A stretch of 11,592 bases of DNA from Spirulina sp. (GCA_044070495.1 JBIPSI010000063.1:1-11592); one strand, 5' to 3'. Counted from the first letter of the stretch, positions 1-7,564 are shown. Notes: generated from the sequence alone by a model not told the origin. Numbers and translations are program-made.

Positions 1-116
1 TGCAGATATCAGGAGCGCAATGGAAGCGAGAGAACGTTCCACAAGTGTTAGCTCATCGCTGTGCTTATCTCAATGGCTTGATTGGTTCACCGCTACCTAC
101 AATTAAGCATAATTGC

Positions 117-908
117 TTATTGCAAAGGTGACATGCTCCCAATATTTCCCCAATAGAGCGCTGCTGCCTCTGATGGACGACATCCTGTCGCAAATAGGAA
201 TTTAACTAGCGGTGCATAACGACTGTGCTTGTAGGCTGAACGAGCTGGTCAAAACTGATCCGTCTCGATAGCTTGAATAATGGCATCTCGCTCCTGTAGC
301 GAAAACGGATTGATGTCATTCAGTCCATCTATCGCTACTGACTTAGGCTTTTTGATCTTGCCAGCCATACCAAGAAACGGATTATGATCAATCATATTCG
401 CTTCGATGGCCCAATCGCAACAGGCAGATAAACGGGTAATAAAACGCTTACCGGCATCTAGCGGAATATTGAGTAGCACATAATCTCTAATTTCTGTGGC
501 ACGAGATAAATCATAGGTCGGTAATCGATCAACATAGCTCGAAAACGGCCCATCATAGATAGAGCGCATGGTGTTCGGCGAACATTGGGGCCGCTTGTAC
601 TCCACAAATTGCTCCCAGATGTTCGCGAGAGGAGCATCTGTCTGCGCCAAGGGAGCTTGATCCTTCCGAGGTTGAGACCTGTACTTATCCAAGGACGGAT
701 CCAACCTATCGAAAGCCATATCAGCTTCTATAAGCTTTGCCTTGGCCTCGGCAATCCTTCGATTAATGACCGTGTCAGGCAACTCAAGACTTAGGTAGTG
801 ACGCTGCCCGCCATAGGAGAAAACCAGTTGCAAGCGGTTATTTGACGACTTGACCTGAACGGTTCCCTTGGATGCTTTGCGTTTTTTAGGGGAGCTAGTC
901 ATGGACAT
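117..908 (-). pseudogene. Phage-type tyrosine recombinase/integrase with N-terminal arm-DNA-binding domain, disrupted (open ORF 249..908, 219 aa)
   Basis: The N-terminus KGTVQVKSSNNRLQLVFSYGGQRHYLSLELPDT...AEAKAKLIEAD is typical of cyanobacterial arm-binding integrases and is followed by a core-binding region (LSACCDWA...HNPF). After the TGA at 251-249 the same frame continues PARSAYKHSRYAPLVKFLFATGCRPSEAAALYW, which contains the catalytic Arg box, up to TAA at 119-117. No HxxRH or catalytic Tyr region is recognisable after that. Confidence 0.88.
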
Positions 909-953
909 CTCCGCAAAATTAATACATTTATACTGCTTTTGGCCATCTTAACT

Positions 954-1016
954 CTACCCCAAACCTACCCCAATAATGGGTGTAAAGTGGCGCGAAATGA
1001 CTTAACGCCTACCCCA
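954..1016 (+). repeat. CTACCCCA(A) direct repeats, candidate integrase arm-type binding sites
   Basis: CTACCCCAA at 954-962 and 965-973 (11-bp period) and CTACCCCA at 1009-1016, all between the tRNA/att core and the integrase start. Confidence 0.55.
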
Positions 1017-1058
1017 GTTTTCGACGATTTTGAGGGTTGGCGAGTTCCATCAAGAACT

Positions 1059-1096
1059 TGAAGAGCCCTGAAAACAACCGTTTTCAGGGCTCTTCA
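1059..1096 (-). terminator. Perfect 17-bp inverted repeat just 3' of tRNA-Gly, likely a terminator or processing hairpin
   Basis: TGAAGAGCCCTGAAAAC (1059-1075), loop AACC, GTTTTCAGGGCTCTTCA (1080-1096). It starts 6 nt downstream of the tRNA discriminator base. The U-tract is weak. Confidence 0.7.
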
Positions 1097-1102
1097 GATT
1101 AA

Positions 1103-1174
1103 AGCGGGTGATCGGACTCGAACCGACGACATTCAGCTTGGGAAGCTGACGTTCTACCACTGAACTACACCCGC
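1103..1174 (-). tRNA. trnG: tRNA-Gly (anticodon CCC), CCA not encoded
   Basis: The minus strand reads GCGGGTGTAGTTCAGTGGTAGAACGTCAGCTTCCCAAGCTGAATGTCGTCGGTTCGAGTCCGATCACCCGCT. Acceptor stem GCGGGTG/CACCCGC, anticodon arm TCAGC-TTCCCAA-GCTGA, T-loop GTTCGAG, discriminator U. Confidence 0.98.
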
Positions 1175-1206
1175 AAGGTGCGCTGGCGGCTGGCCACCGG
1201 ATACCT

Positions 1207-1212
1207 ATTATA
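1207..1212 (-). promoter_or_regulatory. Candidate -10 box (TATAAT) for tRNA-Gly
   Basis: Perfect TATAAT on the minus strand, 32 nt upstream of the tRNA 5' end, in the 52-bp gap after the RND stop codon. No canonical -35 is seen. Confidence 0.55.
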
Positions 1213-1226
1213 GGGCCATTGGGGGG

Positions 1227-4200
1227 CTATTTGCTCAGCGTGTACTCCTTGGGGGGCGTTTCCTGGGGAAGGGGGGGCTGAGGATGATCGCCGCCACCGC
1301 TGAGGCGTTGGATGAGGTTGCCGATCATGCTGTTGAAGCGGTCGATGTAGGTGTAGAGGACGGGCACCACGACGAGGGTGAGCAGGGTGGAGGTGGTGAA
1401 GCCGCCGATGACGGCGATAGCCATGGGGCTGCGGGTTTCGCCGCCTGCGCCGAGTTCTAGGGCGATGGGCACCATCCCGGCCATGGTGGAGATGGAGGTC
1501 ATTAGAATTGGACGAAAGCGGGTGACTCCGGCTTCGACCACGGCGTCGCGGCGGGTTTTTCCCCGTTCCTTGGCCATCAGGGCGTAGTCCACTAGGAGGA
1601 TGGCGTTTTTCGTCACCAGGCCCATCAGCAGCACGATGCCGATGAGGGCGAAGAGGCCGAGGGGTTTTTGGAAGATCAGCAGGCCCAGCAGGGCACCGCC
1701 GACGGAGAGGGGTAGGGAGGCCATCACCGCCACGGGGTAGATGAAGCTGTTGTAGAGCAGTACTAGGACGGCGAAGATCATCAGCACGGCGGTGGCCAAG
1801 GCGAGGCCAAAGCGGGTGAAGATGTCGCGCATGATTTCGGCGTCGCCAGCGGGCTGCTGGGTAACGCTGGGGGGTAGGGCGTTCATGGTCGGCAGTTCAT
1901 CGACGAGGGCCAGCCCTTGGCCGAGGGTGAGGCCCTGGAGGTTGCCGCCGATGGTGACCTGGCGGGATCGATCAAAGCGGTCGATTTGGGCGGGGCCGCT
2001 GCCAAAGCGCACCTCGGCGACGGCGGAGAGGGGGACGAGATTCCCGGTCTGGCTAGGCACCCGCAGGGTTTGCAGCAGTAGGGGGTCGTCGCGGAATTCT
2101 GGGGCGATTTGGACGCGGATGGGGATTTGGCGGTCGCCGAGGTTGAAGTCGGCCAGGTTGGCGTCGGTGTCGCCCAGGGTAGCGAGGGAGGCGGTTCCGG
2201 CGATGGCTTGGACGGTGACGCCCAGGTCGGCGGCGCGGTCGCGGTCGGGGATGATCTGCACCTCAGGCCGTACCAGGCTGGCGCTGGAACTCACGTCTAC
2301 AAAGCCAGGGATAGCTCGCATTTCGCGGGTGAGGGCGTCGGAGGTTTCCCGTAGGGCGATGGGGTCGTCGCTTTTGAGGACGACGGTGAGATCTTTGCTT
2401 TCGCCCCCGGCCCCCTGGCTTTGGAAGGCGATGCGGGCACCGGGCACCTGTTCAAACAGGGGTCGAATGTCCTGTTCAAACTGCCGCTGGGAGACCTCCC
2501 GCTCGTTTTTGGGCAGCAGGCGCACGTAGAGGGTGGCTTGGTTAACGCCATCGTCGCCGCCCTCGGTGGCCAGCACGGCGGAGACGGCGGGGTTTTCCAG
2601 CAGTCCCGTAGTGACCTGATTCGTGGCCCGCTGGGTATCGGCCAGGGTAGATCCAGGGGGCAGTTCCACGGTGATGGTGGAGAGGCCGGAGTCACTGGCA
2701 TCAAACAGGTTGGTGGGGATGTAGGGCACCAGACGCAGGCTACCGACGAAGAAAATCAGAGCCAGGGCAAGGGTCAGCCCCCGGTGGCGCAAGGCCCAGC
2801 GCAGCAGCCGTTGGTACAGGCCAGGACGGCGGCGGGTGCCGTTGCTGTCAAAGCTTTCGAGGGGATCGTCGCCAAAAACGGTCTGGGGCTTGGACTTCAG
2901 CAGATAAGCGGCCATCATCGGTGTCACGGTGCGGGCGACGATGGTGGAGAATACCGTCGCTGTGGCCACCGTCACCCCAAAGGGCTGGAAGAACTGGCCC
3001 GGAATGCCGCCCATGAAGGCCACAGGCAGGAACACCGCCACAATCGTCGCCGTGGTCGTCACCACCGCCAAACCCACCTCGGCAGTGGAATCCAGCGCCG
3101 CCTGGAAGGGCCGTTTGCCCATGCGAATGTGGCGTTCCACGTTTTCGATTTCCACGATGGCATCGTCCACCAGGTTGCCCACCGCCAGGGTGAGGCCCAG
3201 CAGGGTCATGCTGTTGAGGGTGTAGTCAAACCAGCCCAGCACCAGGAAGGTGGGGATAATCGACAGGGGCAGGGCGGTGGCCGTAATGAGGGTGGCCCGC
3301 CAGTCTCGCAGAAACAGGCCCACCACCACCACCGCCAAAATGCAGCCGAGGATCAGGGAATCAATGGAGGCCTGGTAGGAATCGCGGATTTCCGTGGCGC
3401 GGGTGAAAATTAGCTCGATGCTGACATCCTCCGGCAGGGTTTGCCCCAGCCGATCCACCGCCGCCACCACGCCATCTTCCACGGAAACCAGGACGCTGCC
3501 CGTGCTGCGGTAAATCTGGAAAGCCACCACGGGTTCACCGCTGAGCTGGGCCGCCTGTCGCACTTCTTTATAATCCAGCGATACTTGCCCCAGGCTGGTG
3601 AGGGGCACCGTCGATCCATTGGGCAACACAATCCGAGCCGCCTGAATGTCTTCCTCCGTAGCGGCACTGCCCAGGGTGCGGAAGCTCTGCTCTTGGCCGC
3701 CCAGGGTGGCCCGTCCGCTGGGCAGGTTGATATTCAAGGCGCGGATTTGGTCGTTGACCTGGGTGGCGGTGATGCCTAGGGCATCCAGTTGTTGGGGGTC
3801 GAGATCAACCCGAATTTCTGGGTCAACGCCCCCCACCCGATCTACCCGCGCCACTCCCGGCACCGTCAAAATTTCCTGGCTGATGGTGCGATCCACTAGG
3901 TCGCTCAGTTCTTCCACCGAGCGCTGGTCGGAATTGACCGCATAGGTCATCACCACGCCGCCGCCAAATTCCAGCCGCCGAATCACGGGTTCCTGAATGC
4001 TCCCCGGCATATCACCGCGAATCCGCGTCACCGCATCCCGCACATCGTTGGTGGCCCGATCCACATCGGTGCCGAGGATGAAGGAAATCACCGTAGTCGA
4101 AGCCCCCTCCCGCACCGTGGAGCGGATTTCGTCAATGTCCCCCAGCCCAGCCACGGCATCCTCAATCTTTCGTGTCACCTGGGTTTCCAGTTCCTCTGGC

Positions 4201-4364
4201 CCCGCCCCCACCTGGGTAACGGTAACGGTGATGGCGGGAAACTCGATATTCGGGTTTTCATCAATACCCAGCCGCCCAAAGGAGAGCATCCCCGCCAAGG
4301 TGAGCACCAGGAAGGCAACGATGATGGGAATCGGGCGACGAATGGACCAGCCGGAGACGTTCAT
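1227..4364 (-). CDS. RND efflux transporter permease subunit (AcrB/AcrD/AcrF, HAE1-type), about 1045 aa
   Basis: It has the typical RND start MNVSGWSIRRPIP, the TM4 motif GNLVDDAIVEIENV (proton-relay DD), GLVTKNAILLVD (Lys) and RFRPILMTS (Arg/Thr). The start is placed at ATG 4364 because the extra 24 aa of the longer ORF (to 4436) are only translated repeat DNA. Confidence 0.95.
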   Translation of the reverse strand: MNVSGWSIRRPIPIIVAFLVLTLAGMLSFGRLGIDENPNIEFPAITVTVTQVGAGPEELETQVTRKIEDAVAGLGDIDEIRSTVREGASTTVISFILGTDVDRATNDVRDAVTRIRGDMPGSIQEPVIRRLEFGGGVVMTYAVNSDQRSVEELSDLVDRTISQEILTVPGVARVDRVGGVDPEIRVDLDPQQLDALGITATQVNDQIRALNINLPSGRATLGGQEQSFRTLGSAATEEDIQAARIVLPNGSTVPLTSLGQVSLDYKEVRQAAQLSGEPVVAFQIYRSTGSVLVSVEDGVVAAVDRLGQTLPEDVSIELIFTRATEIRDSYQASIDSLILGCILAVVVVGLFLRDWRATLITATALPLSIIPTFLVLGWFDYTLNSMTLLGLTLAVGNLVDDAIVEIENVERHIRMGKRPFQAALDSTAEVGLAVVTTTATIVAVFLPVAFMGGIPGQFFQPFGVTVATATVFSTIVARTVTPMMAAYLLKSKPQTVFGDDPLESFDSNGTRRRPGLYQRLLRWALRHRGLTLALALIFFVGSLRLVPYIPTNLFDASDSGLSTITVELPPGSTLADTQRATNQVTTGLLENPAVSAVLATEGGDDGVNQATLYVRLLPKNEREVSQRQFEQDIRPLFEQVPGARIAFQSQGAGGESKDLTVVLKSDDPIALRETSDALTREMRAIPGFVDVSSSASLVRPEVQIIPDRDRAADLGVTVQAIAGTASLATLGDTDANLADFNLGDRQIPIRVQIAPEFRDDPLLLQTLRVPSQTGNLVPLSAVAEVRFGSGPAQIDRFDRSRQVTIGGNLQGLTLGQGLALVDELPTMNALPPSVTQQPAGDAEIMRDIFTRFGLALATAVLMIFAVLVLLYNSFIYPVAVMASLPLSVGGALLGLLIFQKPLGLFALIGIVLLMGLVTKNAILLVDYALMAKERGKTRRDAVVEAGVTRFRPILMTSISTMAGMVPIALELGAGGETRSPMAIAVIGGFTTSTLLTLVVVPVLYTYIDRFNSMIGNLIQRLSGGGDHPQPPLPQETPPKEYTLSK

Positions 4365-4406
4365 GGGTGGAGGGGTGAGGGGTGAAGGGTGAGGGGTGAG
4401 GGGTGA
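4365..4406 (+). repeat. Heptamer tandem repeat (GGGGTGA)n, cyanobacterial STRR-like
   Basis: Units: GGGTGGA 4365-4371 (degenerate), GGGGTGA 4372 and 4379, AGGGTGA 4386, GGGGTGA 4393 and 4400. The tract abuts the RND start codon. Confidence 0.9.
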
Positions 4407-4412
4407 GAGATG

Positions 4413-4562
4413 CGTAGGGTGCATTCGCGGCACCACCGATCATGCTTTGGACGGAGTAGATCTCCTTGGCCGCAATGCACCATCAGAGAGTCTTTTGGCA
4501 TCCGCAAGGCCATAGGGACTGGGCTTTCCTATGGGTGCATTGCTTCGCGAATGCACCCTACG
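4413..4562. repeat. GTAG-type REP doublet (REPIN/MITE-like), 150 bp with 17-bp perfect terminal inverted repeats
   Basis: CGTAGGGTGCATTCGCG at 4413-4429 and its exact reverse complement at 4546-4562. Each end is a GTAG followed by a GGTGCATT...AATGCACC palindrome (4418-4481 and 4533-4558). Confidence 0.8.
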
Positions 4563-4566
4563 GTTG

Positions 4567-5880
4567 TTACGGCTGATCGGCGATGCGGACGATGTCGCCG
4601 TCCTGGAGGAAACCGACGCCGGAGGTGACCACCTGTTCCCCAGATTGCAAACCTTGGACAACTTCCACCTGGGCAGGTTGGTCGCCGTTGGTGGGCAGGC
4701 GGTTGCCCAGTTCCACGGGACGGGCGGTGACTTGGTTGCCTTCGCCGAGAACGAATACTAAGGAGGTGCCGTCCGGCTGGGGTTGCAGGGCGGTGGCGGG
4801 GATGACCAGACCTTGGCGGCTGTTGGTGTTGATGTCGCCGCGCAGGAACAGGCCGGGTCGCAGCAGGTCGCTGCCGGGGAGGGAGATGTTGACCTGGGCG
4901 GTGCGACTGGTGGAGTCCACGAGGGGATCGATGGACTCCACCGTGCCCTGAAGGCGGAGGCGGCTGTCGGCGGTGGAGGAAATCGCGACGGGGGCACCAA
5001 TGGCGACGCGATCCAACTGGGTTTGGGGAACTTCGGCCACCAGTTTGAGCTGGTTGTTTTGAATCAGCGTCACAATCGGGTTGCCGGGGGAGGCCACATC
5101 GCCCACGTTGGCCCGCCGTTCCGCCACCATGCCCGCCACCGGGGAGCGCACCGAGGTTTGGCCAAGCTGGGTTTGCAGCCGATCAATCACCGCCTGCTGG
5201 GAGCGCACCCCGGCCTGGGCGCTTTCAATTTCGGCCTGGGCTAGCCCAATCGCCTGCTGGGCCGTCGTAGTTTGGGTTTGCTGACGGGTGAGTTCCTGCT
5301 CGCTAATGGCCCCTTGCCCTGCCAGGGTACGCAAGCGTTCCAGATTTTGTTGGGCTTCGGCCAAGGTGGCTTGGTCTTGGGCCAGGGACGCCTGCCGCTG
5401 GGTGACTTGGGCCTGGGAAACAGAGAGTTGGGCCTGGGCCTGCCGTAGATCCGCTTGCAGGGTGGCATCGTCCAAAATCGCTAGCACTTGCCCCGCCGCC
5501 ACCGCATCCCCTTCTCGCACAAGCAACTGCTGAATTTGCAGTCCACTGGCCTGGGGCGAAATGGACAGCAGATCCACCGCCTGCACGGTGCCATTCACCG
5601 CCAGGGTGTCGGTCACCGAGGCCGGAGCTACGGGAGCCACGGTCACCGTCTGGGAAGCCTGGGCCGCAGGGGGGGGAGCCTCCTCAGCGGAGGGAGCCGT
5701 TCCTTGTCCACCCAGGATGCGCGTACCTAGCAGGGTCAACAACACCCCAGCCCCCAAGCCCAGCAGCACCGATCCCCAAGGGCGCGACTTTGAGGAAGGA
5801 ACGGTATCGCTGTAGACCATCCCAGGGGGACTGGGTGGGGCGGCGGAGTCTAGCGGTTGGGGAGAATGGAGATTCTGCAC
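4567..5880 (-). CDS. RND efflux periplasmic adaptor (membrane fusion protein), about 437 aa
   Basis: It has an N-terminal TM (WGSVLLGLGAGVLLTLLG), lipoyl half-motifs (LLVREGDAVAAGQVLAILD; VRSPVAGMVAERRANVGD), a long Q/A-rich helical hairpin and a C-terminal GLQSGEQVVTSG. GTG at 5880 has AAGGA upstream; the alternative start is ATG 5916. Confidence 0.93.
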   Translation of the reverse strand: MQNLHSPQPLDSAAPPSPPGMVYSDTVPSSKSRPWGSVLLGLGAGVLLTLLGTRILGGQGTAPSAEEAPPPAAQASQTVTVAPVAPASVTDTLAVNGTVQAVDLLSISPQASGLQIQQLLVREGDAVAAGQVLAILDDATLQADLRQAQAQLSVSQAQVTQRQASLAQDQATLAEAQQNLERLRTLAGQGAISEQELTRQQTQTTTAQQAIGLAQAEIESAQAGVRSQQAVIDRLQTQLGQTSVRSPVAGMVAERRANVGDVASPGNPIVTLIQNNQLKLVAEVPQTQLDRVAIGAPVAISSTADSRLRLQGTVESIDPLVDSTSRTAQVNISLPGSDLLRPGLFLRGDINTNSRQGLVIPATALQPQPDGTSLVFVLGEGNQVTARPVELGNRLPTNGDQPAQVEVVQGLQSGEQVVTSGVGFLQDGDIVRIADQP

Positions 5881-6286
5881 AGCGTCATCCTTCAGGGCAC
5901 AGGTCGGCCAGAACATTACGAAATGTATAGGTTCTATTATGCCTGATTCATTCCCGCCCTTGGGGCCTGGGGGAGGTGGGCAGAGGCGTTGCGGTTCCCC
6001 TGGGCAAAGGGCGAAATCAGGACAGGCATCAAATACCGGGCAAATCCGGGAAATCTATCCGATTTGTGGATCGGATCAGGGAGATCGCGTCAATCGGCTT
6101 AGATTTCAGGGTAATCGGGGGGCAGATCAACCCATTTAGCGGGTTTCCGGAAGCCAATTTAACCACTGACACAGGTCTGCCGAAATTGGCTAGGACAGAT
6201 TGAGGATGCTGATAGAACAAATAGCCACGGCGCAACGGTCGCCCGGATGGTTCTCATTTCAGTGTCGTTGCTAGGATTGGGTATCT

Positions 6287-7531
6287 ATGAAGACTGCATC
6301 TACCGGCTGTACTATGGCGGCATCCTCCCCAGGGGCACCTTTCCCTTCCAATTCATCGTCATCCTCTCCACCCTGGTCGGCGGAAGAGGACTTGGGGGCG
6401 TTGGCCCGTTCCGTTGAGCAAATGTTTGAAGACCGCCTCAATCGTCGCCCCGGCGGCTTAGGGGGAGTGGCGGCTCGACTGGCGGCGGAGGTGGATCGGA
6501 TTTGCCATCGCAGCGACCGCATTCAGTCCTCTGGGGATGTTAACCATTGGCAGACGGCCCTGATCCGCCACCGAGTGGATAAATGCTTGGCCTACTATCA
6601 GGTGGGATCCCGCCAGGGTCGGGTGGATCTCCACAGCAGTCTCAGCGCCATCGTCTATCGCCATGTGGCTCCCAAGGATAGCTATCTCAGCTTCCAAGGC
6701 CGCTATGCCCTGATCGAAGACTTTATGCAGAACTTTTATATTGAAGTGCTCAATGCCTTTCGGCGGGAGCACCACCTGCCCGCCACCTACACCCCCCGCA
6801 CCCAGCTAGAACTGGCGGAATACATGGCCTTTAGCGAACAGTACGCCAAGCGTCGCATTTCCCTGGGTCGCCACAACCAGCAGTTGATCGTCCTACGTGC
6901 CCAGGCCTTTAGCCGTCGTCAACCCGCCGAAACCGCCGTGGATATGGGCCTAGTGGGCGAAGGAGCCAAGTCTGAAGAAGCGGAAGCCTATGCCCGCAGT
7001 TCCGTAGTGCAGCAGGTGCGCGACAAACTCAAAACCGACGCCTACGATCCCGGTGAGGCGGTGATGCGGGATCGGGTGATTACGTCGCTGATCGAGTATT
7101 TCAAGTCCCAAAACCAGATGGACTGTATCGACTACTTAACCCTCAAACTGGAGGATTGCTCCGCCGCCGAAATTGACGACATCCTGGGTCTGTCCTCCCG
7201 CCAGCGAGACTACCTACAACAACGGTTCAAGTACCATGTCGAGAAATTTGCCCAGCAGCACGAGTGGGATCTGGTTCACCAGTGGCTAGGGGCCAACCTG
7301 GAGGACAGCCTGGGCATGACCCCGGAGAAGTGGCAAGACTTTTTGGCCAGCCTACCGGTGGATCAGCGGCGACTGATCGATCTCAAGCAAACGCAAGGTC
7401 AGGCGAGTGATGAGACCCTTGCCCAAGCCCTGGGCTGGACCCCCAAAAAGGTACATCGCACCTGGAGCAAGCTGCTCAAGCAAGCCTGGGACTATCGCAA
7501 TCAGAGTCATCGGGAGGAGCACAAGCCCTAG
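6287..7531 (+). CDS. HetZ-family (HetZ-related) putative DNA-binding regulator, 414 aa
   Basis: Motifs recognised from the cyanobacterial HetZ family: EVDRIC..S.RIQ.SG, GRVDLHSSLSAIVYR, IEDFMQNFYIE.LNAFRRE, LELAEYMAFSEQYAKRRI, QQLIVLRAQAF, LGLSSRQRDYLQQRFKYH, W.LVHQWL, plus a C-terminal HTH-like segment. True hetZ versus paralog cannot be settled by eye. Confidence 0.88.
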   Translation: MKTASTGCTMAASSPGAPFPSNSSSSSPPWSAEEDLGALARSVEQMFEDRLNRRPGGLGGVAARLAAEVDRICHRSDRIQSSGDVNHWQTALIRHRVDKCLAYYQVGSRQGRVDLHSSLSAIVYRHVAPKDSYLSFQGRYALIEDFMQNFYIEVLNAFRREHHLPATYTPRTQLELAEYMAFSEQYAKRRISLGRHNQQLIVLRAQAFSRRQPAETAVDMGLVGEGAKSEEAEAYARSSVVQQVRDKLKTDAYDPGEAVMRDRVITSLIEYFKSQNQMDCIDYLTLKLEDCSAAEIDDILGLSSRQRDYLQQRFKYHVEKFAQQHEWDLVHQWLGANLEDSLGMTPEKWQDFLASLPVDQRRLIDLKQTQGQASDETLAQALGWTPKKVHRTWSKLLKQAWDYRNQSHREEHKP

Positions 7532-7564
7532 CGCCTAGTTCATCCTGATCACCTAGGCCGCTAG
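7528..7564. terminator. Imperfect hairpin between the convergent HetZ-like and response regulator genes
   Basis: CTAGCGCCTAG (7528-7538) pairs with CTAGGCCGCTAG (7553-7564) with one bulge. It overlaps the HetZ-like stop codon and has no U-tract. Confidence 0.35.

Larger units (their letters stand above)
1..1102. mobile_element. End of a tRNA-Gly-integrated genomic island / prophage-like element (continues beyond the left edge of the window)
   Basis: A tyrosine integrase gene lies just downstream of the tRNA 3' end and points away from it. The DNA is visibly more AT-rich than the core genes to the right, and short direct repeats lie between the tRNA and the integrase. The second att copy is not in the window. 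Confidence 0.75.

Noticed and set aside
2..106. Open + strand frame ADIRSAMEARERSTSVSSSLCLSQWLDWFTATYN* entering from the left edge, with a weak TAAGCA/TGCTTA inverted repeat at 104-119
   Set aside because: It could be the 3' end of an island cargo gene, but 34 codons with no recognisable motif cannot be supported.
249..251. TGA as programmed readthrough or selenocysteine in the integrase
   Set aside because: Readthrough gains only about 44 residues before TAA and still lacks HxxRH and Tyr. No evident SECIS-like hairpin follows. A plain nonsense mutation is simpler.
1378..4392. Long + strand ORFs (e.g. 1792..2529, 2421..3413, 3997..4392) opposite the RND gene
   Set aside because: These are antisense shadows expected from GC-rich codon usage and have no protein-family motifs.
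4365..4436. 24-aa Pro/His-rich N-terminal extension of the RND ORF (MVPRMHPTHLSPLTPHPSPLTPPP)
   Set aside because: It is the translation of the heptamer tract and REP arm. RND homologues begin at the MN.S.WSIRRP equivalent.
4413..4562. Possible CRISPR mini-array
   Set aside because: The repeats are inverted rather than direct, there are only two units, and no cas genes or regular spacers are present.
1227..5880. Absence of an outer-membrane TolC gene beside the RND pair
   Set aside because: This is normal for cyanobacteria, which typically use an unlinked TolC/HgdD-like channel.
5939..6235. Short ORFs in the MFP/HetZ-like intergenic region; also searched for a HetR site (GGG-N5-CCC) and a PatS/PatX RGSGR peptide
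   Set aside because: The three ORFs overlap each other and have no coding features. No exact GGG-N5-CCC was found by eye and no RGSGR occurs in the listed translations.
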